From Williopsis jadinii (Eukaryota): a stretch of DNA of 64,000 nt. Positions 33,243 to 42,450 of this stretch are shown here, piece after piece. Within the stretch, counting starts at the first letter, position 1; every line of letters begins with the position of its first letter. The notes below the pieces were generated by a model. The model was not told the DNA's origin and ran no database searches. It saw only the letters and a program-made list of their open reading frames with translations. The position numbers and the translations under genes were made by a program. The stretch spans positions 1,736,001-1,800,000 of the forward strand of contig AP024665.1 of NCBI GenBank assembly GCA_024346625.1, written 5' to 3'.

Positions 33243-34919
33243 TCAAAGTTTTGGTTGTGAAGACAGCCCATTCTTTGTTGCTGGTGTATTCACCTCTAGT
33301 TTACCCGATTCGTCAACCTTGTCCTCACCAAAGAAGACAACGGTAACAGTTAAATCGTCCCTATACTTTCTAGATACAGAGCTAGGAATGGAAACCAGTG
33401 TTGAGACGTACTCCTTTGAGCCTCCAAGACTGAGTGCGTTACGGATTAGATGCGTCGAGACGTTCTCATCTTCCAACAGATATTCATGTTCTTGGGTTCT
33501 CTTCTTGTTTCTGAAAGCAGGTCTTTGGAACTTCTTGTACTTGTCGTCGGTTAAATCAACAACAGTTGGTAACTTCTTCTCCTCTTCGCTTGTAAAGATG
33601 TTCCATTTTTTGTTTGCATCCTGTGGAGATTCCTTCTTTTCGAGCCATTTCACAACGAGCCCGACAATTTCCTCGTTACTCAGGAGTTCGTATAAGCCAT
33701 CAGATCCAATAACGATGAAATCCTTCTTTGCAGGGTTGATCTTTGTAGTGGTGACAACGGGCTCGGCAGTGACATAAGGTGGTGTCAAACAATTCTTTGG
33801 TGGTGCACGGAAATAAACCTTCAGATGCTCTGGAAGAGATTCAATGAGTTTACCCTTCACTTCCTTCACCTTATATCTGAAGTCTCCAAAGGCTCTAGTA
33901 GGTTGTAGAGAACCGAGGACACGGCCACGGTTGACACAAGTAGGCTCTTCTGGATGCTCACCTTTGATTCTTGCAACTTCGTCAGGGTTGTCACCGGTTT
34001 GGTCAATGCTCAAAGACTTAGCGGTCCATTGGTTCTTATCGTCCAAGGAACCAAGAACCACTCTAGAATCACCAGTGACGGCAACTCTCAACAATTGGGA
34101 GCTCGAATCGTAGAAAGTTAACAGTCCGCAACTTCCACTAGCTGCTGGGAGTGCCTTTATAGCAGTTTCCTTATCATGCGGATTCTCCATTAGTCGTCCC
34201 AACCCTTCTTGAACGATTTCGTGGTCCATTTGCAAAAAGCCATTCTTTATAGCATCGTCGATAACGTCGTTGGAAGGAACAATTCGAAGGCCATCCGCCT
34301 GATCCAGCTTATACGCCGAGCCCAGAGAGCCAACAACGTGTGAAATCAGCTCATCACGAAGCTTCAGCGAGGTATAGTAGCCCGAGTGGCCATCATAAAT
34401 ACCCCAGAAGTAAAAATCAGCGTTCCCGTCCTTCGTGGGAACAGTAACCACGGCCTCAGACCTATCATCCTCAATTGGGCTGTTAGAAGGCAGCTGAGAG
34501 ATGTCGTACCTAACAACGCCCTTGCCTCTCTTGACGAAATACGACTCCTCCAAGTTACGCAGCTTACTGGTGACTTGGTCGTCGCTCAGCAGTAAGATGT
34601 TCTGCGACTTCTGCTGTTGTTGTTGGCTCTGGGTCGTCGAGAACGGCCTGAAATCACCAGAATCGCTTAGATAATGCGTTTGTAACGACATATACGACGC
34701 AACAAAGAGTATGCCACTGGCAAGGGCAATGTTCAGGTCCCTCATCGACTGCCTCTTCCACCTCAACTTCCGATTACCGCCCTGTGTGTTTCTCTTAACC
34801 AGCGATGTTGAAGAAAAGGCCCTTGACGCGGTGTTTGATACGTGGCGGGCGAGAAAAGACCTCTTGGTGATCTCCTGTGCGGAACGCGAGATCAGAACAA
34901 CCGGGAACCCCTTAGCCAT
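33243..34919 (-). CDS. PTC5: PP2C pyruvate dehydrogenase phosphatase-like protein
   Basis: SNSPIEDD, GIYDGHSG, TGDSR, RVLGSLQPTRAFGD, SDGLYE and RDDLTV; N-terminal presequence with a hydrophobic segment; ends in -PKL. Confidence 0.95.
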   Translation of the reverse strand: MAKGFPVVLISRSAQEITKRSFLARHVSNTASRAFSSTSLVKRNTQGGNRKLRWKRQSMRDLNIALASGILFVASYMSLQTHYLSDSGDFRPFSTTQSQQQQQKSQNILLLSDDQVTSKLRNLEESYFVKRGKGVVRYDISQLPSNSPIEDDRSEAVVTVPTKDGNADFYFWGIYDGHSGYYTSLKLRDELISHVVGSLGSAYKLDQADGLRIVPSNDVIDDAIKNGFLQMDHEIVQEGLGRLMENPHDKETAIKALPAASGSCGLLTFYDSSSQLLRVAVTGDSRVVLGSLDDKNQWTAKSLSIDQTGDNPDEVARIKGEHPEEPTCVNRGRVLGSLQPTRAFGDFRYKVKEVKGKLIESLPEHLKVYFRAPPKNCLTPPYVTAEPVVTTTKINPAKKDFIVIGSDGLYELLSNEEIVGLVVKWLEKKESPQDANKKWNIFTSEEEKKLPTVVDLTDDKYKKFQRPAFRNKKRTQEHEYLLEDENVSTHLIRNALSLGGSKEYVSTLVSIPSSVSRKYRDDLTVTVVFFGEDKVDESGKLEVNTPATKNGLSSQPKL

Positions 34920-35539
34920 CGGTTGCTATACCTCTTTTATCCAGCAAAAACGACCCATTCGATGGTCAGAATGTGCTTGTTGATGCCAGTTGGCGAAGGG
35001 TGATGGAGGGGCCCTCCAGCGCGCCCCTACGCGGGCGCCGGAGAGAGGGAGATGATTAGGTAAGCAAGGAAGGGAAACGAAGGAGACGTGGCCGGACCAA
35101 TGAAAGGTGTCACGTGATACCGCAGGTGACTGTGTGGTGTTCGGATGTGACCGTGCTCGAAGTGGCATCTACACCAATTACGCAGCTACTCATCTCAGAG
35201 TCATAGAGGTGTTGGTTCTAGGCTCTCTACTGCAGAGATTGGTGGGTTGTGAGTTGGCCTTCGATGGTCGTCAGTGGTGCAGAGCTGACTGCTGGAGATC
35301 CGCAGACAGATGTCGACAATGATACGGGCATTGGAACGCTGCTTCACCGCACAGTACTTTTATATATCATAAGATTCATAACCTATAAACCCAATCCAAT
35401 TAAACGATAGTCAAAACCCAAGAGGAGGAACAGAACAGAACAGTAAACGAGACAAGACCTATAAATACATGCTTTCCCGCCTTTGAAGAGTGTTTTTGAT
35501 GGTGTTCTTTGAGAAAGCCACCTTCCATGAGATCACGTT

Positions 35540-37228
35540 TTAAACCACGAATGAAAGACTTACAACAAAGCCAACCATAACCATTGTCAATGGGGTTGCC
35601 AAACCAGACGCACCGCTGGAACGATTCGAGGAGCTCGAACTTGAGCCAGAATCCGAATTTGACTCAGAGGTTGATGTGGACACTGAACCCAACACTCCGA
35701 CAGTAGCACCGTTATCATTAGTCGCAGCAGTAGAGGAATAGCCAGTAGCAGTAACGGCGTTTGGTATGCTTGAAGTGATCACTTCAATGTCCGTCTCGTC
35801 TGTGAATTTCACCTGTGCCAATGCAATGACCAAATCATCCAAATCATAGACGATGTAACCGCTTCTCAAGAAGGAATCTCCCAAGATAACGGTATCGGAG
35901 GACATGATTGAAAACACACAAGTAGTGCCTGAAGTATCAGCCGCAAGGATGAAGTTGCTCAATGGACATGCAATTTGAGTACCGTCAAAGGTAAACGTAA
36001 TGTTTTGATTGCCGGTATCATCGGGACAATCCATAATGTAATAGCCATATCTTGAAGAATATGTTGCACCGATTTGATCAGCTAACGCACTGACAACGGA
36101 ACTAGGCAAATATGTCAAAGTGGTGCCTGAGTCTAACAATGCGTACTCCACAGAGTCAAGTACAGATGTTCCATCAAACGAGACATCCTGTAATGTAATT
36201 TCCAATTTGATAGCCTCGCTATAACCAGAGCTCTCCAGAGTGTTGATCACCGGAACAGAGGTTAAATTACCAGTGTATTTTGCATGGTCAACACCACCAA
36301 AGATTATGTTACCTTCTTCAGCGTCAACGTCATTCAGGTACAGAGAATAGGCTCTCTTATGGATCAAGCCATCTTCAACCATCTTCATGGGTAAATTGGA
36401 GTACGTGTAACGGTTGCTACCGGCTAATGAACCAGAATATGTAGTCTCCAATCCCTCCAATCCAATACCCAAGACTCCGATAGATGAGTTTGTCTCGTTT
36501 GCCACTGCAAATGATAGACCTGAAACTTCCAGTCCATCAATAACAACGTTATCATAGCCCCAAGTACCGTACGCAAACGTAGAATCACCATACAGGATAA
36601 AGAATTCCGTGTTGTTACTCACAAATGAGGTCGAAGATGAAGAGTCAAACGTCCCATACTCGGAGCAATCGATGGTTGCCCTTGAGTCTGTCGACGAAGA
36701 TGAGCGTGTTCCCGCATTTGCCTTATTCACGGAGCCATCAACGAACGAAGTGTCCAGTTCATGTGTCAAAGACTCCAGGAAGGAGCTATCATTCAGCTGT
36801 CTATACTTCCCTTGGTGGTCCAATCCTAACTCGTGGATAATCTCAGAGTCAGACAACTGTCTATATCTTTTCTTCAACATCTTCTTCCTGTCTGACGTTG
36901 TAGTCCCTGGACTGCAGTAGACGTTATCCGAGCCCATCACCCACAAATCACTGGAGCCTGTATCCACCAGCACGATGACGCTTTGGTTGTTGGAGCCCAG
37001 CTGTAAGTCCACCGAGTAGAACGAGCTCTGGTTCTCCAGCACCATAATAACGGTGCCGTCGGGGCCTTCTCTCTTCACGAGTCTTGCCTGGGCGCCACGA
37101 GTACTACTCTCGTAAGTGTCACCTCTGGACACTTTGAACGGTAGGAACTGATAGCCCTGTGTGTTCTTCGCAGTACACGCTGGTACTATGAAGACGATAT
37201 GTAGCACAACTGCCAATAGCCAAAGCAT
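35540..37228 (-). CDS. YPS1: GPI-anchored aspartyl protease (yapsin, Yps1/Mkc7-like)
   Basis: Signal peptide, KR processing sites, VLVDTGSSDLWV and LLDSGTT catalytic motifs, Ser-rich stalk and hydrophobic C-terminus; the paralog is uncertain. Confidence 0.8.
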   Translation of the reverse strand: MLWLLAVVLHIVFIVPACTAKNTQGYQFLPFKVSRGDTYESSTRGAQARLVKREGPDGTVIMVLENQSSFYSVDLQLGSNNQSVIVLVDTGSSDLWVMGSDNVYCSPGTTTSDRKKMLKKRYRQLSDSEIIHELGLDHQGKYRQLNDSSFLESLTHELDTSFVDGSVNKANAGTRSSSSTDSRATIDCSEYGTFDSSSSTSFVSNNTEFFILYGDSTFAYGTWGYDNVVIDGLEVSGLSFAVANETNSSIGVLGIGLEGLETTYSGSLAGSNRYTYSNLPMKMVEDGLIHKRAYSLYLNDVDAEEGNIIFGGVDHAKYTGNLTSVPVINTLESSGYSEAIKLEITLQDVSFDGTSVLDSVEYALLDSGTTLTYLPSSVVSALADQIGATYSSRYGYYIMDCPDDTGNQNITFTFDGTQIACPLSNFILAADTSGTTCVFSIMSSDTVILGDSFLRSGYIVYDLDDLVIALAQVKFTDETDIEVITSSIPNAVTATGYSSTAATNDNGATVGVLGSVSTSTSESNSDSGSSSSSSNRSSGASGLATPLTMVMVGFVVSLSFVV

Positions 37229-38207
37229 CTTGCACGACTATGAGGGGGGTACCAGTGTATACGACGAGTTCTGTGCCAAAAACAGCAAACTTCTAAACCG
37301 AGATCAAAGCACAACGAGTCAACATGCAAAAGAGGACAAATGCTCTCCTCTATATACGCGATGAATGTAATGAATGTAAAACGAAAGACTCCAAAAAGGC
37401 CTAAAAAAAGCAACTCAGTCCAATCCAACAAGCCTCCAAACAAGACAAGTTATGATACAGGTCACAGCTCAAAGAACATACAAGTGTGGGACGAAGGACA
37501 GCGTCATAGCTAAGCCATGGTGAAGTTTTCAGCTGCCGAGAGTCCCTCTGCACGGAAATGTTTCTTCGCAAATGCGTGCTCAGCGGTGTAACAACGGCGC
37601 GCCCAAAAACACGTTTGTTTCAGCCGCATAAACGGTCTAGGCAGCGTTTTCCAGTGGAGGCAGGGCAGCGTTGAAGGGGGGACAGCACCAGAAGTTAGAC
37701 GGGTTTCTGCCCAGTTTTTTTTCCGTCTACACGGGCCGTTAGGATGGTTTAAAAGGAACAGGGGGGCTGTGCGGTGGAAGCTGGGCGCTTGGGAGGGAGG
37801 ACGGAGCGGCTCGAAACCTGCGTAGGCAGAGGGCGTAGGCAGAGCCAGCAGTGAAACCACAGAGAGCACACCCAGCACGCGTTACGCCCGGCCTGGCATT
37901 TTCAATTGGACAGACAGCCAAAGCGAACAGGCTCTGGAAGCACAGCACAGCGGGCTAAAGCTTACAACGAGTGTCACCGCCAAAAAGTGAAACATCACCG
38001 TGTTTACATCACCAAGCTCCTTGCCCAGGCGGAAAACTACAGTGGCCAGCGGGTCCGGCATTGTAAAACAACCGTTTTGTATGGGAAAACTGAAGAAATT
38101 CGGCTGTGTAACATCAACTACACCTATGACGTAATCATCTCAAATGATTGGTACAGTTATCGTGTCATACATAAAGAAGAGGGTTCAAATAGAGAGAGAC
38201 AGACAGC

Positions 38208-39296
38208 TTAATCAAAGGTGAAGAACACCTTGATACACTTCTCCTTCTCAGCGTTTGAGAACACGTCGTATGCCTTCTCAATCTCATCGAACTTGAAGCG
38301 ATGGGTCACCAATGGGCTTGGATCCAATACACCGGTGGAGACCTTCTCCAGCAAGGAGGCCGTGGAGTTGGCGTTGACCAGACCAGTTGAGATGTTGATG
38401 TTCTTGATCCACAAGTCCTGCAACTGCAAATCAACTGGTTTACCGTGGACACCAACATTGGCGATACGTCCACCTGGAGCAATGATCTTCTGACAGGTGT
38501 CGAACGTCTGTGGGATACCAACGGCCTCAATGGCAACGTCAACACCTGGGTGCAGTTGGGCACGAGCACCGGTGTTCTGGACGGCAGTCAGCTTCTTGAT
38601 CTCCTCGACGGCATCAACCTTTCCTGGGTTGACACCAATGTCTGCACCAAACACCTCCTTGGCGATACGCAATCTCTCCTCGTTGAAGTCAACAACGATG
38701 GTCAATGCAGGCTTGTAGGTCTTTGCCGCAATCAGGGCACTGATACCGACAGAACCACCACCGACAACAGCAACGATGTCACCTTCTTCAACCTTACCGT
38801 TAAGAGCACCAATCTCGTTACCAGTTGGCAGGATATCGGAAAGCATCAGTAGGGATTCGTCCTTGACTTTGCCAGCCAGTGGACCAACGTCGTACAAGGA
38901 GTAATCGGCGTGTGGGATCTTGACGTATTCCGCCTGGGTACCGTTGATTTCGTGACCCAACTTCCAACCACCTTCAAGACAGTGCGCTTGCAAGCCCTTC
39001 TTACAGTAGGCACAACTACCACAGGAGGTGATACACGAGATCAACACCTTGTCGCCCTTCTTGAACTTCGAGACTCCAGCACCAACGTCGTGGATGATAC
39101 CGATACCCTCGTGGCCCAAAATGGCACCCGGACCGGTCTCTGGAACATCACCTTTCAGGATGTGCAGGTCACTACCGCAGATGGTGGTGGCGGTAAGCTT
39201 GACAATGGCGTCTGTTGGACGGGACACCGTTGGAATCGCAACCTGCTTAAGGGCTCTGATCCCTGGACCTCCGTAGACAAGTGCTTTCATAGACAT
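38208..39296 (-). CDS. Zinc-dependent medium-chain alcohol dehydrogenase (FDH-like/bacterial-type subfamily)
   Basis: TICGSDLH, GHEGIG, CGSCAYC...HC structural zinc site, GTQAEYV, LSDILPTG and GGGSVG; strong codon bias. Confidence 0.92.
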   Translation of the reverse strand: MSMKALVYGGPGIRALKQVAIPTVSRPTDAIVKLTATTICGSDLHILKGDVPETGPGAILGHEGIGIIHDVGAGVSKFKKGDKVLISCITSCGSCAYCKKGLQAHCLEGGWKLGHEINGTQAEYVKIPHADYSLYDVGPLAGKVKDESLLMLSDILPTGNEIGALNGKVEEGDIVAVVGGGSVGISALIAAKTYKPALTIVVDFNEERLRIAKEVFGADIGVNPGKVDAVEEIKKLTAVQNTGARAQLHPGVDVAIEAVGIPQTFDTCQKIIAPGGRIANVGVHGKPVDLQLQDLWIKNINISTGLVNANSTASLLEKVSTGVLDPSPLVTHRFKFDEIEKAYDVFSNAEKEKCIKVFFTFD

Positions 39297-40283
39297 TTTC
39301 GGCTGATATAACTGTATGCGTTCAATTGGCTGGACTCAATATGGCGAGACAATACAATGGACGGGAACTGAGAAGATGCTGAGAAAGGGTGTAAGAGGGA
39401 GAACGGCGAAAGACTGCCTTTATATACCAGAAAAGGCCACCCCTCCCTTCTCTAACACCATGACGTTAAACTTCTCAATGGCCCACCCGGACTCCCCCAA
39501 ATATATGGTACCATCGCCCCTGTGGCCAGCTACAACTCCGAGATGTTCATACGTACGCGCAATGATTTTATGGGGAGAGATTCATGCACAGAGTGCGGGA
39601 CAGGCAGAGAAACTGTGTGCGTGGTATCAAACTGAAGCCTTGGTGTCCCCACCGCTGTCTCGGACTTCAGTGGCGTGTTTCACGGTGGTTGGAGCCCGTT
39701 GTACTGAGCCAATTGGGCAGCACCAATTGCGTTGTAGCGTCTCCTTGCACCCACGCTCTCCCTCTCTCCCTGCGTCGATTGATTACGATTCGCCTTCACT
39801 CCCTTTAGCGTACTTTGGGAGCCCCCCTAGAACTTATCATTTCACCCGACCTATGCGGCTAATGCCTGTGCTGGCCAGGTCCACCAATGCCACTGCCACC
39901 TATTCCCACGGCTCCCACTGCCTAATGTGTAAACATGCTGCTGCTGAGTTATTGTTAAGGCTGCCACGAACTCCGCAACACCCCAGAGGCACTGGCAACA
40001 CGCAAATTATGCATAAGACACCACCTGGAAGAGGACACATCTGGCAGAGGACGCACCTTGGAAACATGCTTCCATGGACACAATGTGCTAAGCCATTGTG
40101 GTACGGAGTTGCACGTTTGCCCCAGCCCCAGGCTTGTTGATATGCGATGACATGTGAATCAACAAAGGCGTGCGAGGGGGAACTAGATGTCACCCAAATC
40201 TGTTATATCTTGTTTCCGATGTCGCCATACTGCTACAATAGTGAAGAAACACACCAGCAGTTCCCGAATGCCTTCGATTATAA

Positions 40284-42017
40284 TCAACCGTGTAGTATTC
40301 TATGCGCAACAAACCTTCTAAAAGCGGTTGCCTGCGATGGCTGATAGTTCAGTGTTTCCCCCTCTGACAAGCATAGACAGTTCATCAAGGTGAATACACC
40401 ACAATCGTAGCCGTTCATCTGTTGTGGACAGTTGACGATTTGCTCGGACGTGAACCCATCGCTTAACGATTCGTTGCCCTGTTTCTTACACTCCTGCACT
40501 AGGTAGTCGTTTAACAAGTTCAACGCCATGGAGCCATGGGACGTTTCATGCCCTGCAAGACTATCCAGGTATAGAATTTTCTTATTCTTCAAGTCAATAG
40601 CACCGGTGACCCAATGGGTACTGTGGACGTTTATAGGGCACAAGATGAGGTCCAATTTGGAGATATCTCTTTTGGCCCTTTTCATCCATTTCTGCACTGA
40701 TTTGTAACCTTTGGTTTCAATGTTTGTAAAGAAGAACGTCGAGAATGCATGGACCCTTTCGCCAGAGATTAGCTTGAGAAAGACGTCAATTACAGTATCG
40801 TTTAACCAGCGTGCGTCGGCCAAGCTCTTCAAATCGTGAACACGGACGTCAACATCACACCTTTGAACAATAACATCACGTTCACGACTTTTATCACTTT
40901 TCCAGATGTTTATGATCTCAGCCTCATCATCTTCAGTTAGACTCTCACATAGCTGAGCAAGTCTTGATTTTGTCTTGGGTCTCGTCGCTTCCAAGTGCTC
41001 TTTATGTAGCCTTTCACCTTGTTCTTTACGCTCCCGGAGTAACCTTTGGTAGGTGCTGAAGTCGTTCTTGAAAGTCAAGTTCTCTACATCAAACTTGAAA
41101 GATAGCGAAGACGAAGTTCTTGGAGGTGGAGGTGGTAGTCTGACCTCTTTGAGAAAGATCACATCGTCGTCTTGATACTTTGCTGATTTCTCTTTGAAGA
41201 TCTTTTGTATGAAATTGCTCAACGATGAAATACGCTTGTGGATCTTTTCATTGTCAGAGGGAGCACTCAAGGGTGAAGATGGTCTTGTTGAAGAGCCACT
41301 GGAAGCTTGGCGAGGTGACGGTTGAAATTGGCCCTTATAAACAGACCTGAGATGTTCAGACACTGTGCTGTTGTTGCTGTTATTACTATTAGGGGCGTTC
41401 AAATTCTTCTTATGATGGCTCTTGGATTTGATGAAGCTGGTTCCATAATCATTAGATTCAACGCTTTGCGTCATTGCATCCATGTTCCACTCTATTGGCG
41501 ATTTGGCAAATTTAACGTCAATCTTGGACTCATCAATCTGCGGCATGTCTTCCAAGTTTTGTCTTAGAGAAGATCTTGAGCCTTTAACCGGGGTTATGAA
41601 ATCACTTGACAGCACTTTCCTCTTCTTCAGTTCATCGACAACGGAGCCCTGATCTGTGACATCAACGTTCTCCTTCTCAGTGGACACAACCAAACGTTCA
41701 TCGTGTCCTGTGATCTTAGCCATTGTACGGGAAAACAAGCCACGGGCAACACCAACAGCAGCTTTGACCAGCCCATTAGCCTCGATAGAAGTAGCATCCT
41801 GCTCACCGTGCTTATCCCTAGTCCAGTCACCTTCACTGCCGCCATCCCCGTGGCGAGACTGGTGGTGGTGATGATGATGAAGATTATGTCCATGGCTTTG
41901 GTGGTTGCTCGTTGAAGAGCTGGTGGATTTCGTTCTCGACAATCCACGGGAGCTTATAAAGTCCACATTCCGTTTACGCTTACGTGATAGTACCGGGGTT
42001 CCTCTGTCCAATGCCAT
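40284..42017 (-). CDS. ULP1: SUMO protease (peptidase C48)
   Basis: WLNDTVID, PINVHSTHW, YLDSL and QQMNGYDCGVF; close to VTC2/3 as in S. cerevisiae. Confidence 0.93.
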   Translation of the reverse strand: MALDRGTPVLSRKRKRNVDFISSRGLSRTKSTSSSTSNHQSHGHNLHHHHHHQSRHGDGGSEGDWTRDKHGEQDATSIEANGLVKAAVGVARGLFSRTMAKITGHDERLVVSTEKENVDVTDQGSVVDELKKRKVLSSDFITPVKGSRSSLRQNLEDMPQIDESKIDVKFAKSPIEWNMDAMTQSVESNDYGTSFIKSKSHHKKNLNAPNSNNSNNSTVSEHLRSVYKGQFQPSPRQASSGSSTRPSSPLSAPSDNEKIHKRISSLSNFIQKIFKEKSAKYQDDDVIFLKEVRLPPPPPRTSSSLSFKFDVENLTFKNDFSTYQRLLRERKEQGERLHKEHLEATRPKTKSRLAQLCESLTEDDEAEIINIWKSDKSRERDVIVQRCDVDVRVHDLKSLADARWLNDTVIDVFLKLISGERVHAFSTFFFTNIETKGYKSVQKWMKRAKRDISKLDLILCPINVHSTHWVTGAIDLKNKKILYLDSLAGHETSHGSMALNLLNDYLVQECKKQGNESLSDGFTSEQIVNCPQQMNGYDCGVFTLMNCLCLSEGETLNYQPSQATAFRRFVAHRILHG

Positions 42018-42262
42018 CGTGCGAGGTGATTCGATGGAGCAAACACTTCAGGCCACTCGGTACAACAACAACAACAAATGAAGTAAGAGGAAAGCGCCGT
42101 TGTTGTCCCGACCTGTGTGTAAACAAGAAATTGCCCTTACACACACGCGCTTCCCCCCAACGCATTCTCACATCGGGTGTCCAGATGTATTTCCTTATTA
42201 GGATAATTTCCTCTTTTGTGTAATAATTCCTGACGAAGAGAAAAAAAACTCCTCCTCCCCTT

Positions 42263-42284
42263 CACGCGCGCGCGCGCGCGCGTG
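42263..42284. repeat. Perfect palindrome CA(CG)9TG in the ULP1/SWI6 divergent promoter
   Basis: CACGCGCGCGCGCGCGCGCGTG read directly. Confidence 0.95.
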
Positions 42285-42450
42285 GGACACTTTTGTGTAA
42301 AAACAACATTGCAAGAGAGAAAAAATACAAAAACAACAGAGGAATAAACATCAACAAAGGGAGCGTTGAAGGCAGCGGCAAAGAAGACACCCACGGCGGT
42401 TAACAATCCGATAGGGCGCTTAAGGCATTGGGATCGAACAAGCACGCAGG

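Noticed and set aside
38218..39311. Long antisense ORFs over the ADH gene (and over TOM70, MDH3, YME2, VTC2 and PHO23)
   Set aside because: Expected shadow ORFs from biased codon usage on the coding strand.
39316..40140. 274-aa plus-strand ORF
   Set aside because: Covers the ADH promoter including its TATA-like element, has atypical Cys/Trp/His/Pro-rich composition and no recognisable motif; most likely a chance ORF.
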